Shown here one piece after another: positions 47,201 to 56,298 of a stretch of DNA of 64,000 nucleotides (positions are counted from its first letter, which is position 1; the number at the start of each line of letters is the position of its first letter). The stretch covers positions 1 to 64,000 of the IMG/VR virus record IMGVR_UViG_3300006919_000043. One strand, written 5' to 3'. A program made the position numbers and the translations under genes. Under the pieces are notes generated by a model. The model searched no databases. It saw only the letters and a list, made by a program, of their open reading frames with translations, and had not been told where the DNA came from. Source of the DNA: a virus.

Positions 47201-49613
47201 CGGCATTGTTGTTACCTCCACCAAGCACAACTTGTGTGTCGCTGGCCGCACCACTGTATGATGCGGCACGGGTGAAAGTGGATGATGATTCACGCATGGC
47301 TCTTATCCAAAAACCACTTACAACTTCATTGATGGTTAATGCTTGGACTTTATTTTTAGCCCCCCAATCAATAGCGTTTCGGCTTTCATAGTCTTTCATC
47401 TGTGGTCTATTCATAGCCGTCATTGTGGCATCCAACACCAATTCCATAGATCTGTTAGCGGGTAATGGTGAACGCTTTTTAGTGCTGGTCGCTAAACGCT
47501 GTTCAACATCGAAAAACATTGATGGGAATAGTGGCAACTCAACTAAAGCACGGGTGGATGCGTAATAGGTTGATGTTTGCTTATCATTTCGCACCGATGG
47601 GTTATCCGCACCAATCACCTTATCTTTCCATACAGGCAAGAAAGAATGCTCGGTTCTATCGGGCTTGATGTCAATACCACCTTGCCCTAACCCAGCCATC
47701 GTTAGGCTCACTGACGGTGAACCCAAATCACCTATCTCCTTGATAGCATACCCATCAGTCAATCCAAAATCTCTTTCGGCTATTCTATCTGTTATGTCCA
47801 TCAATTGTGATTTACCACGAATTAATACACCACCAGTGTTAGACTCACTGTTTGGTGCTATTTCCTCAACACGCCCTTTCATTGTAAGCAACTTGACTTG
47901 ACATACATGTGGACTATCGCTATTTTGTGTAGTGGAAAGCGATTTGAGAATACCACTTCGTTTGCGGTTCTTGGGGTGTATTAATAATAAATTCAAATCA
48001 TTATCTTTAACATTGTCAATGATGTCAAATTGTTCAAAGGCTACTGCTCTTACGGATGTTCGGGTTCTATTTATGGGTTGAACAGGGTGATTGCCGTCAA
48101 CATTACCCGTTGCGGCTGGCACTTTTTCTTTCTTAGGTGAAAGAACGGACAGTGTATGATATGACGATTCACTTTTCTTTACCGGACTAATGGTATTTGC
48201 TATCGCTTTCGGTCGCCCGTATGCACTAAACTTAGGATTCAGTTTTACATCTCTTTGGTTTTGAAAGAAAAAACTGTCGTAAATAATTGTGTGAGGGCAA
48301 TTAGATATGTCAATGAATGGAGAAAGTGTTTGGTCGCCTGTTGGGTTGACCCTCATAACATGGTCTTGAGGGGGCTTGTTGAAATTTGCGGAGGGTAACG
48401 ATATAAGCCCACCGGGTGCTTCGATGCGAAGAATATCGGGCAACGGTATTGTTGATTCAGGATCGGTTGGGTCGCCCCCGTCTGCGATAAAACGGGCATC
48501 TGTGAACGGTCGTTTCAACCAATCAGCAAGTGTTCTATTGCGGATTGCTTGTGTTGAAGTATCTGTAAAAACAGTGTTTGAGTCCGGCACTGTCTTTTCG
48601 ACAATCAACCAAGATGGTCTTTTCTTGTAAAAACGCTGTGAAGAATTGATACTTACGATGTCATTATGAGCATTTTGAAACTGTGTCCATATTGTTGGGT
48701 CAACAATTGTTAGCCAATCCGGTGCATCTTTGTATGCGGCCATCACTTCACCGGTCAAATCTATGGCATTGTAGTGAACCTCAACCACTTTTGGCAAACC
48801 GCCTCCAAATTGACATTCATCGGGAATAAATATTTTGGCGATTCTTGACTTCTTTTCGGGTGTCAAGTGTCGTATGTATTCTTGGTTTGTGGGTTTTGTT
48901 GGGTCGTTTGTGTCAAACAACGCAGTGTGTTCTGTGTCAAGACCCTTTAACAAAAACGGCCTTATGTCCTCAACAGCGATTGCCAAAATCGAATCAGCAG
49001 TGCTTGAAGGATAACTACCGGTTTGGTCGGTAAGTCCTTGACCACCCTGCACAATTATTGATGAAGCATTCTGTCCATTGAGGCTTTCATAACTTGATAC
49101 AATACTTTCAGTAATCACATCTAAAGCCTCTCCTTGATATACTGTTTCAGTAACATTGATTTTATCGTTTAATGAAACAACACTACCAATAGAAGCATCT
49201 TCATAGGTTGACTCAAATCTATCAGCAATACCTTGAACCGTGCGTGTAACCACTTCTTTGTTAGGCTGGGGTAATTGTGCTAAGAAAAAGTGCCCTTCGA
49301 CCTTATTGTATGTGGTGAAACCACATTGTCCGGCAAAATCGCTAACTGGTTCGGGTAATGTCGTAGCCATACTAAAAGCCGAACCTTCACCAGCCCGCCT
49401 TTGTTGGTTGCCCCCATCAACTCCACCCCAATTCAAACCTTGACCCGGTCGTGGTTCTTCGGGTCTTTCGGGTTCTTCGGGTGGTCTTTCGGGTTCTTCG
49501 GGTGGCCTTTCCGGTTCTTCTTCTCTCGGCCTTTCCGGTTCTTCTTCGGGCGGTCTTTCCGGTTCTTCTTCTCTTGGCCTTTCCGGATCTTCTTCATGCT
49601 CATGCTCGGACAT
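44286..49613 (-). CDS. giant tail-associated protein with N-terminal E/P/R repeat and C-terminal LamG/ConA-like domain
   Basis: Start ATG 49613 (TGATG overlap); YTFSFFFKP..YQHIVIT..ILYVNG..GVLSEMAMWN..VTNLY. Confidence 0.7.
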   Translation of the reverse strand: MSEHEHEEDPERPREEEPERPPEEEPERPREEEPERPPEEPERPPEEPERPEEPRPGQGLNWGGVDGGNQQRRAGEGSAFSMATTLPEPVSDFAGQCGFTTYNKVEGHFFLAQLPQPNKEVVTRTVQGIADRFESTYEDASIGSVVSLNDKINVTETVYQGEALDVITESIVSSYESLNGQNASSIIVQGGQGLTDQTGSYPSSTADSILAIAVEDIRPFLLKGLDTEHTALFDTNDPTKPTNQEYIRHLTPEKKSRIAKIFIPDECQFGGGLPKVVEVHYNAIDLTGEVMAAYKDAPDWLTIVDPTIWTQFQNAHNDIVSINSSQRFYKKRPSWLIVEKTVPDSNTVFTDTSTQAIRNRTLADWLKRPFTDARFIADGGDPTDPESTIPLPDILRIEAPGGLISLPSANFNKPPQDHVMRVNPTGDQTLSPFIDISNCPHTIIYDSFFFQNQRDVKLNPKFSAYGRPKAIANTISPVKKSESSYHTLSVLSPKKEKVPAATGNVDGNHPVQPINRTRTSVRAVAFEQFDIIDNVKDNDLNLLLIHPKNRKRSGILKSLSTTQNSDSPHVCQVKLLTMKGRVEEIAPNSESNTGGVLIRGKSQLMDITDRIAERDFGLTDGYAIKEIGDLGSPSVSLTMAGLGQGGIDIKPDRTEHSFLPVWKDKVIGADNPSVRNDKQTSTYYASTRALVELPLFPSMFFDVEQRLATSTKKRSPLPANRSMELVLDATMTAMNRPQMKDYESRNAIDWGAKNKVQALTINEVVSGFWIRAMRESSSTFTRAASYSGAASDTQVVLGGGNNNADFSHFGTYLLVDSILPFIQGNLHGEGGFDGTTSGNYVTAPLATEPFDNTGFVVTVGEGIISEKGIRLHIHQALTVGTESRLYFNAYQDFDDDNLNYAGLKSIITAGLPVVMGSWLTNAGGIGVGFPPLNYVIPNTNTLLEGTFSALNAGPVGANSTESTVAQSFIGPLEKTFALGKTTTNGVVDRSGIHLDPNDPNTVLIYDGPNMEGFAFDPGHYLYSQDTKPLVPPVECRSGYLSLKGKRSDGISLDWVRPMKIKLGDVASAGTVSKFEDAVNELIRRINQAGHPNAKNLQGGSAFDPPPLFTNAKGNHDAPASVDTGSHMGYLRAFLGQGVESRDGEEGLSIVIHSTVPGASGRNFAVWLNNNSPYPYRPIQAVGHGGLLATNSRSYQAGSFPAPLPLGMDGETHIPITTFQGGVHGAVSDSDNNLRTYEGVGQEFSFNTVALPKFENGNPMPLYDPESQPTLMVERKALDILYRIKGKITRERKALILVDNEYLGEFDGIVTGVQNNPPSKVSGVGSCIGLFNTQPLDKTLGKKWKDLFYDNTGALKEVPIKLLNPLVDANGILFFGGGHTGVTFDISDGTDNDYSDFYTHHYSKGPAGHSGFQNLEGVQTSAAVLDFSELKNEDTVNSNTYRGMHHQVNTVVTGALPDAANKLDARNTCVWYLPMSQEELGQPQARKKLAIDTIHGSKVYVNRSDSVALVAGPTADPSCKGVLSNGHTSAFAIALHDKDLVTNNNSNTVQVPSLVPMQREWVDNTESQYTFSFFFKPGNTGNWSNQAWGNGPVYHGFINTGATDYKGLGVSILSKQGSSSGVFSYRVIVMTPHTNGTTVRLSAEITDRPKDEYQHIVITRSPTSAQAILYVNGAIPADAPWTLSEPLGLDSGRHLPQTIGVGNALASGLFGKASYMHCVGIDLLHPTSFPGYYKGTTGNGNDDPRYWKGVLSEMAMWNYGMTSQQVTNLYNARNTW
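49445..49600 (-). repeat. coding tandem repeat (EEPERP)n
   Basis: About 7 imperfect 18-24-nt units, e.g. ggttcttcgggtggtctttc. Confidence 0.85.
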
Positions 49614-52390
49614 CAAATCCCCCACTTATCTTCAATGTATTGTCTTACATCTGCTATCTCAACATTAGTCAATTCCTTTTTGTAAAACAAAATTTCATGA
49701 ATTAAAAAGCCACTTGGGGCAGTGCCTTGAAAGCCAAATTCTCCCCTTCCCCTGCTGGCAATAGAACCAAATAAGTTTATTCCAGCATTAAATACTTCGG
49801 AGAATGATTGAGGGTTTCCTGTCGGCCAATTGCCTTGCGGATCTTCTAAAACAGGGTGAAACTTAAATTTACTTTGACCGGGATTGCCAGCAAAAAAAGC
49901 ATTAAAAACTGCCGGATTACCACCTGCTTCGGTATAAAAACGCCATTCACCGGAAAGATTTGTTTGTTGTGGATTACACCGAATAGCGACCATTGTTGGT
50001 GTTCCGGCTACTGGTGTTCCAGCCGATGGTAATGCAACCGGACCGAAACCATCAGTCGTCAAGTCCGGACCTGCGTTAGCGTTAGGAAATCCAGCGTTTA
50101 TTTGCTGGGTTCTCGCACTCAAATCGGGCGTTGTGGAATTATGGAGATTTGACGGTGTTTGGTCGCTGTAAGGCGATGGTGTTATGACAAAAATGAATGT
50201 GTATTCACCGTTGGTGTGATTTACTTCATGGTGAAATGCACTAAACTGTTGCTTTCCTTGAGGCACTAACGCAGGGAGGCTTGGAATATAGCCATAATAG
50301 CCATTTGGATTATTGGGATCGAACGGTGTCATACCAAATCTGCTACCAAACTTGTTTATCCAACCACTAAGCGCACCTGCACCCCTTCTAATTCTCGGTG
50401 GGATCCACATTAATGGGTTTTCATCGGGTTGTAGTGGTGGATTTTCTTCGGAAAATTCATCCGCCCATGCTGAAAGCATCTCATTACTGTGTAAAAAAGG
50501 CACATTAGGTTGTCCGTTTTGATTACTGGTGTAATCGCTTAACGCCGCCGCTTTGAGCGAACCCAATCCGTTAGTGGAGGGGTTGTTAGGCACAAAGATC
50601 CACGGAAACATAAACATTGGACCGGAATAGAACACTACTTCGGGGTGAAGCGTTGATTTGCTTTTCCACCATGATACTTCATTTACTTGCTTTAGAACAG
50701 TTTGACCTTGAGCGTCAAACATATATCGTGGGTCATTACCGTCTAACCAAAGAATCAACTCATCCATAAAAGGTGCGGTGACATCGGCAGGGTTGAATAT
50801 ACCAGTCTGTGCTGTCGGGGTTGTCCTATTTGCTTCCGTGTTTCGTGATGTTTTACTGACCCAATACGCATCGTTTCCAAAGCCCGACTTATCAGTAAAG
50901 AATTGACCTTGAGTAAATCTCGCTCTTGTCATTTGGCCTTTCTTTCTCAACTTACCACCGTTGTCAATAATCAAATCGCCATTACCTAATGTGAACCAAA
51001 CAAGTGTGTTATCGGTATGCTCAAACAAGAAGCCTTGAGTATGAGGTTCAGCATCGGTATCAGCATCACGCAATATACTGTTTTGCACAATTACCAATCC
51101 ATTAAGAAAATCCAGTGCTACGATTCTCACCCTTTCGATAGGATTTCCTATTGGCTCTAACGATATTCCACCATCGGTATCATCATCAATAGGGTTGTAA
51201 GAATATGAAGTGAAGGGCAAACCGGTGATAGGGTCGGTGCCCGATGTGTTGACTATTGCATTTAGGTTGGTCACTGGCAAACCATCTGTATGATAAGTGG
51301 CCTTTGTCACAATGGTGCCGATGTCTAAAATTTTACTGTTCCACCAAGTTTGAAGCGGCAATTCTTCGACGGGTATTTTCAACAAGTAAGATGCAATCAA
51401 TTCTAAAGCGGTGGCTTTGCCGGAAAAATGATTTCTTATTTTGAATGTTCCATAGTCCATACCTGTGGCTAAAGATATGGGGTTGGTTATCGGCTGTGTT
51501 ACTGATATATTGGTGAAGTCGTAAGCCACGCATACCATCGGTATTGGCATATTGCTATCCTCATCACCTGCCCCATCAACAAGTGGTGTGCTAAAAGCCG
51601 GTGCTTTGTTATTGTAAAAATACAAGTCCGGAACATCAATTTCATCTTCAAAATCCCATAGTCCTATCGTATCTTGTGTTTTAGTAAATGGTTGTAAATT
51701 CGGTGCAACAATACCCCTGCTAATACGGACACTTTCAATAATTCCTCTATACTGTCCTCCTGTTCCACCAATGTAAAGATCTGATGAGAAAGACTGTGTG
51801 GTTCGTGTTTCTCCGCCAAAATCCAATTCACCAAACAACTCACCGTTGACAAATACTCTTAGCCCATCCCCTGTAAATTGAGCATTGATGTAATACATTG
51901 GGTTTTCACTTAAAGCCAAATCATGGGGCATAGTGCCCCCATTGTTGTAACCGACTACACTATATTGGTCTGTTCTTGGCGACCAAAGGTGCGGAATTGT
52001 TAATGTTTCAGTGACTTCATTATTCCCAGCGTTTCGTGTCAAAACACTGAAAATAAGATTATCGCTTTGTCGTATGCTACCGAATTTCAGTGTATAGCAA
52101 CCCTCTTTATGCACTATGACACCACCACTATCGGGTATAACATAGGCTTCTATGGTAAATGCACCAATCAAATTGTTTAGCGGATTACCTTCGTTTGGTA
52201 TGTGTCTTTGTCCTATCTTTGGCTCATCGCTGTTATACGAAGTAACCTTGTTAGTCAAGCCCTTTTTTTCCGGATGGCGACTTGAAAATAAATCAACACC
52301 GGTTTCTCTAAATGACCCAGTGGGAACCACTATACCATCGGTATAACCGTTTAGCCTAACGGCCTGTGTTTTTACCTTCTCCACCGCCAT
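49613..52390 (-). CDS. tail protein with two LamG/ConA-like domains
   Basis: FTIEAYV..VFVNG..LYIGG..GIIESVRIS..GLWDFE; second domain LWLDG..EILFY..V.QYI..KWGI. Confidence 0.75.
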   Translation of the reverse strand: MAVEKVKTQAVRLNGYTDGIVVPTGSFRETGVDLFSSRHPEKKGLTNKVTSYNSDEPKIGQRHIPNEGNPLNNLIGAFTIEAYVIPDSGGVIVHKEGCYTLKFGSIRQSDNLIFSVLTRNAGNNEVTETLTIPHLWSPRTDQYSVVGYNNGGTMPHDLALSENPMYYINAQFTGDGLRVFVNGELFGELDFGGETRTTQSFSSDLYIGGTGGQYRGIIESVRISRGIVAPNLQPFTKTQDTIGLWDFEDEIDVPDLYFYNNKAPAFSTPLVDGAGDEDSNMPIPMVCVAYDFTNISVTQPITNPISLATGMDYGTFKIRNHFSGKATALELIASYLLKIPVEELPLQTWWNSKILDIGTIVTKATYHTDGLPVTNLNAIVNTSGTDPITGLPFTSYSYNPIDDDTDGGISLEPIGNPIERVRIVALDFLNGLVIVQNSILRDADTDAEPHTQGFLFEHTDNTLVWFTLGNGDLIIDNGGKLRKKGQMTRARFTQGQFFTDKSGFGNDAYWVSKTSRNTEANRTTPTAQTGIFNPADVTAPFMDELILWLDGNDPRYMFDAQGQTVLKQVNEVSWWKSKSTLHPEVVFYSGPMFMFPWIFVPNNPSTNGLGSLKAAALSDYTSNQNGQPNVPFLHSNEMLSAWADEFSEENPPLQPDENPLMWIPPRIRRGAGALSGWINKFGSRFGMTPFDPNNPNGYYGYIPSLPALVPQGKQQFSAFHHEVNHTNGEYTFIFVITPSPYSDQTPSNLHNSTTPDLSARTQQINAGFPNANAGPDLTTDGFGPVALPSAGTPVAGTPTMVAIRCNPQQTNLSGEWRFYTEAGGNPAVFNAFFAGNPGQSKFKFHPVLEDPQGNWPTGNPQSFSEVFNAGINLFGSIASRGRGEFGFQGTAPSGFLIHEILFYKKELTNVEIADVRQYIEDKWGI

Positions 52391-52394
52391 ATCA

Positions 52395-53654
52395 TCAAAT
52401 CCCTATCAACTGTTCAACTGCGGCAAATCCTATGTTAAATGTATATACCGAATCACCTGCCGCATAGGCTGGGGTGAAAGTCTGTATTACACCGGGTATT
52501 GCCACCTTTTGCCGGAAAAAGGGATTCGGTCTATTCGGCACGCCTCCTTCAACAGTAATAGGATCAAAGGGTTCGGTGTTTTCTTCGGAGGGATAGTCCG
52601 TGCCCGGTCCGGAAGGTATGATAAATTGCCTCAAAACCTCACCACTTGCCCCAGCAGTTATCATGGATTCGTAAGGCACCCTTAAACCAACGATATACTT
52701 CTTTACCGATGCGGATTCATCTATGTTTAACAATTTAGAAACATCTAACGATGATAGCGAATCGGGCAATTCAACTAAATCACCAGTCAAGGCTTGCGGA
52801 GAAATCATACCACCACCAGCCGAAGCGTTCATGGTCATGTTTAGTAAATCTTGAACCTTATCGCCTTTGCTTTTTCGTGAACCGCTTACACCGCCAGTAA
52901 AAGCCGATACAAAGAATGAGTCAGTCCACACGCTGGTATTTGCTATCGTTACATCAGCCCTCTTTATCACTGGCCTATTGCCCTTTTCGCTTTTTACCTT
53001 ATTTGTGATAGTGACCTTAGCGTTGCCCTGCCCTACTGAAAAATTGTTGCTCAATATTTGGTTTGCACCTGCGTTTATTGACACATCAACAAGGGTGTTT
53101 ATCGCTACTCCCCCTCCATTGACAAGAACATTTGAAGCACCACCAAGAGCCGTTTGTATGGCTGTGGCAACAGCCCCTATGTTATTGGCCGCTTGTATGT
53201 TGATAGGGATCATAGATTCATTACCAACTACCGGTGATATTGCGCCAGTCTTGTCGAACCTCAAAACAATTGATTCGCCATTCCCTGCATCAACTTGACC
53301 AGCAGTGCTGAACACTATTTCTTTACCATGCAATTCATCTCTCAAATTTTGCCCAGTGGGAGATGTAATCGAAAGTGTGTTGCTCAATTGTGAAGCCCAT
53401 GAAGTGTAATTACCTGTTGCTCTTGTCATATCAACAACGCATGATGCGGCACTACCAGCCGAAGCAAACTCATCATCAGTAATTATACCATCAATGGTAA
53501 TCGCCAGCATATTACTATTGAGATCTAATGCGGCACGGGTGGCAACAATCGGTATAGGCCATGTCGCTACACCCCTTGTAACAGCAAAGGATATTGCCGA
53601 GGCTTTCAATTCAATAACTTGCCCATCTTTACGAATCAATTGTATCATTGGCAT
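52395..53654 (-). CDS. putative distal tail (Dit-like) protein
   Basis: Directly follows the tape measure gene; ALDLN..ITIDG and C-terminal YTFNIGF. Confidence 0.55.
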   Translation of the reverse strand: MPMIQLIRKDGQVIELKASAISFAVTRGVATWPIPIVATRAALDLNSNMLAITIDGIITDDEFASAGSAASCVVDMTRATGNYTSWASQLSNTLSITSPTGQNLRDELHGKEIVFSTAGQVDAGNGESIVLRFDKTGAISPVVGNESMIPINIQAANNIGAVATAIQTALGGASNVLVNGGGVAINTLVDVSINAGANQILSNNFSVGQGNAKVTITNKVKSEKGNRPVIKRADVTIANTSVWTDSFFVSAFTGGVSGSRKSKGDKVQDLLNMTMNASAGGGMISPQALTGDLVELPDSLSSLDVSKLLNIDESASVKKYIVGLRVPYESMITAGASGEVLRQFIIPSGPGTDYPSEENTEPFDPITVEGGVPNRPNPFFRQKVAIPGVIQTFTPAYAAGDSVYTFNIGFAAVEQLIGI

Positions 53655-53656
53655 GA

Positions 53657-55231
53657 CTAAATCCCCCTACTAAATCCACCTTGTCTTGAACGGTTCTTGA
53701 ACAATCGCCCAACTTCTTCGCCCACCATTCGTGCTATCTTACGGGGGTCGCCATTCGCACCGCTTACATTGATGTTGACTGTGGTTTCTCCGCCTCCCAA
53801 GCCGCCCGCACTTTGTATTGTCACAGGTATGGTTCGACCATCGGGTAGTGGCACTACTGCTTCTGTGCCGTGCAATTCAGCAGGGTAGCCGGACTTAGGA
53901 CCACTTACCACACCACCTTTTGCCAGTTTGAGTCCACCGATGTCAATTTCCGGAATATCCTTAAACGGATTGATTTTGTTAAATACACCAATTACTTTGT
54001 TCAATAACTTCAATGCTGGTGAAACAAAGTCAATTATGCTGTTAATAAATTGCTTGAAGAATGCTTTGACTCCGCCTAATACATCTTTCCAAACATCACC
54101 AATTGATATTAGAATCTCCTTGACCTTACCAAAGTCACCACGCAGTAATGCTACAAACGCACTAACAAGTTTCATGGCGGTTCTAACAATACCCATGAAT
54201 ACGGTCAGTATCATACCAAATGCGGCCATCAGCATTTTGTAGTAAGGTGCAACATACGGATATACGAAACGCACGATCCTAATTACAATAGAAATGATAG
54301 CCGCCGCAAGGAACACTACGGTTGCTATAATCTCACTTACTAACTGGATTATGTCACCTATGAAAGCAAATATGCCGGAATTGACCAAGAAATCCATAAG
54401 ATATTGGAATAATCCGACAACCATATCGAAGAATTGTTGAACACCACCGTCACCAAGCGCACCCATTATCATATCCCATGCGTCAGCAAACCCTTCGTAA
54501 ATTGTAACAATTCCGTCAAGCACTGCTTGTAAGAAACCGGACTCGGCTAATGCTGTAATTAAAGACATGATAACTTCGCTTATCATTGTCCAATAACCCA
54601 TAAACAATTCAACCACAAATGTTAGCCCCTCAACAACCTTATCCACTACTGTTTGGAAATCAAGACCTTCGGGCAGTGTTAAATTGTCTTTGAGGGTTTG
54701 CCATGTTTCCTTTATTCTCGCAATAGCATCATCAATTGCACCCATCAGTCCACCGATGATTGGCAGATCTTCCAACCACTTTCTAAGTGAACCTCCACCT
54801 GTATCGAAAGCGGCGACGAGTAACATAACGACACCTACCACCCCCATCATTAGCCCCATAAGCGGTAGTATAGACATCAATAACCCCTTGAAGAAACCAC
54901 CAACCCCTTTGACTACACCGCCAAGCAACAAAAATGGTGCGGCAAGGACTGTGGCCGCTACACCCATGCGCTCACTGGAATCTTCGGTTTTGTCAGCCGA
55001 TTCTTCCATAGTGTTGCCTAAATCTTGTGCTGGCTTGTTGGCATCTGTGAAGGTTGAGGTTAGACTCTTTACGGCCATATCCACTTTCATATATGTTTTC
55101 ATCAAAGGACCGAATACTTTGAGCAATACACGGGTTTTGTCCGGTAAAACTGTCAAGACATCGTTAAATTCTTGATAGGTAGCAATCAAATCCGCCATAG
55201 CGTAATTGTTTTGCTTTAACGAATTAGCCAT
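53657..55231 (-). CDS. tape measure protein
   Basis: Amphipathic helical repeats; C-terminal LAKGGVVSGP..ELHGTEAVVPL; follows the tail chaperones. Confidence 0.85.
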   Translation of the reverse strand: MANSLKQNNYAMADLIATYQEFNDVLTVLPDKTRVLLKVFGPLMKTYMKVDMAVKSLTSTFTDANKPAQDLGNTMEESADKTEDSSERMGVAATVLAAPFLLLGGVVKGVGGFFKGLLMSILPLMGLMMGVVGVVMLLVAAFDTGGGSLRKWLEDLPIIGGLMGAIDDAIARIKETWQTLKDNLTLPEGLDFQTVVDKVVEGLTFVVELFMGYWTMISEVIMSLITALAESGFLQAVLDGIVTIYEGFADAWDMIMGALGDGGVQQFFDMVVGLFQYLMDFLVNSGIFAFIGDIIQLVSEIIATVVFLAAAIISIVIRIVRFVYPYVAPYYKMLMAAFGMILTVFMGIVRTAMKLVSAFVALLRGDFGKVKEILISIGDVWKDVLGGVKAFFKQFINSIIDFVSPALKLLNKVIGVFNKINPFKDIPEIDIGGLKLAKGGVVSGPKSGYPAELHGTEAVVPLPDGRTIPVTIQSAGGLGGGETTVNINVSGANGDPRKIARMVGEEVGRLFKNRSRQGGFSRGI

Positions 55232-55571
55232 CTTGATACCCCAGTTTTGCGTTCATGCGTTCAAAGAAGTCAGCGTCACTTGTTGTTTTTACGCTACGCC
55301 CCTTATTACCGCCCACATCGTTCTCACGCTTTAATTTCTCCATCTCATTGGCTTCGATTTCTTTATATGTGGACAAAATATAGTAATCCATGATTACCTG
55401 TTCGGGTGGCATGTTATCCCACGCTTGTGGAGAACACTTGAAAAAATGGGCGAGAAAAAACACTGGTAATCTGTGTGCAATCACTGGGATTTTGTATTCA
55501 TCAATTGGCGAACCGCCCTCTCCATCCCAAGTCATGAATGACCGAACATCGTCAAGGGTTATCCCAAAGGG
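55224..55571 (-). CDS. tail assembly chaperone, -1 frameshift extension (gpGT-like)
   Basis: The -1 frame is open from the slippery site into the ORF at 55535. Confidence 0.75.
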   Translation of the reverse strand, partial: PFGITLDDVRSFMTWDGEGGSPIDEYKIPVIAHRLPVFFLAHFFKCSPQAWDNMPPEQVIMDYYILSTYKEIEANEMEKLKRENDVGGNKGRSVKTTSDADFFERMNAKLGYQDG

Positions 55572-55921
55572 GCTGAACCGCCCGCAATACCACGCATCAA
55601 ATCCTCAAACGAAGGCAGTAAAGATTGTAATGCTTCACCGACTTCGGGCTTGATGTTTAGCAATTGAGATGTTGTCAATGATGGTTCGGTCTTTTCAATA
55701 CATGTTGTAATTACGAATTTCCAATACCCACCAAAGTCAATTTTTGGTGTCATATCTCCACCATCAGCACTAATACTAACGAATTTTGTCAAAGCGTTTT
55801 GACGCTCAAGCCAAGTCAATTGCTTGACCCACACTTTCATTTCGCCAAATGGCGTTTCAATTGTATGTTCGTCTGCTTCGTTTCCAATCAATAAATCATT
55901 CGCTGTCGCTTTCTCCGCCAT
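55559..55921 (-). CDS. tail assembly chaperone (gpG-like)
   Basis: About 120 aa between tail tube and tape measure; ends in the slippery site. Confidence 0.75.
   Translation of the reverse strand: MAEKATANDLLIGNEADEHTIETPFGEMKVWVKQLTWLERQNALTKFVSISADGGDMTPKIDFGGYWKFVITTCIEKTEPSLTTSQLLNIKPEVGEALQSLLPSFEDLMRGIAGGSAPLG
55565..55571 (-). other. programmed -1 ribosomal frameshift slippery heptamer C CCT TTG
   Basis: XXXYYYZ in the correct phase, one codon before the chaperone stop. Confidence 0.8.
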
Positions 55922-56261
55922 CTGTTTCACCTTCGGTTACTGGCTCGGCTTCACCTGCATCATCTTCGCTCAAGCGAGCGATAAGATCTGCTTTCAGTCC
56001 GGTAGTATCAAGACCACGCTGGCTACACAAGACCTGCAATTCGGTCTTGTTCATATCGCCATATTCTTTGCTCTCCACTACCGGTGCCTCAACAGCCACT
56101 TCCGGTGATGATGTCGGTTCAACAACAGGAACAGTGCTTGCGGAAACTTCTATGCCTTGTGCTGAAACACCAACGCCTTCAATAATCCGGCCATTGGCAA
56201 TAGTCCAATTCAAAAATTCCCTGCGCCCTGCGATTTCAACATATCCTGTTAGCCTTACCAT
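55896..56261 (-). CDS. SAP-domain protein
   Basis: YGDMNKTELQVLCSQRGLDTTGLKADLIARL. Confidence 0.8.
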   Translation of the reverse strand: MVRLTGYVEIAGRREFLNWTIANGRIIEGVGVSAQGIEVSASTVPVVEPTSSPEVAVEAPVVESKEYGDMNKTELQVLCSQRGLDTTGLKADLIARLSEDDAGEAEPVTEGETDGGESDSE

Positions 56262-56298
56262 TATTCTCACCCTTGTCATGCTTGTTAATTAACTTTAT

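Noticed and set aside
49445-49600. Repeat as a CRISPR array
   Set aside because: No unique spacers; the units are contiguous and in-frame coding.
34928-52390. Diversity-generating retroelement or invertible tail cassette
   Set aside because: No reverse transcriptase, recombinase or TR/VR pair recognised in the window.
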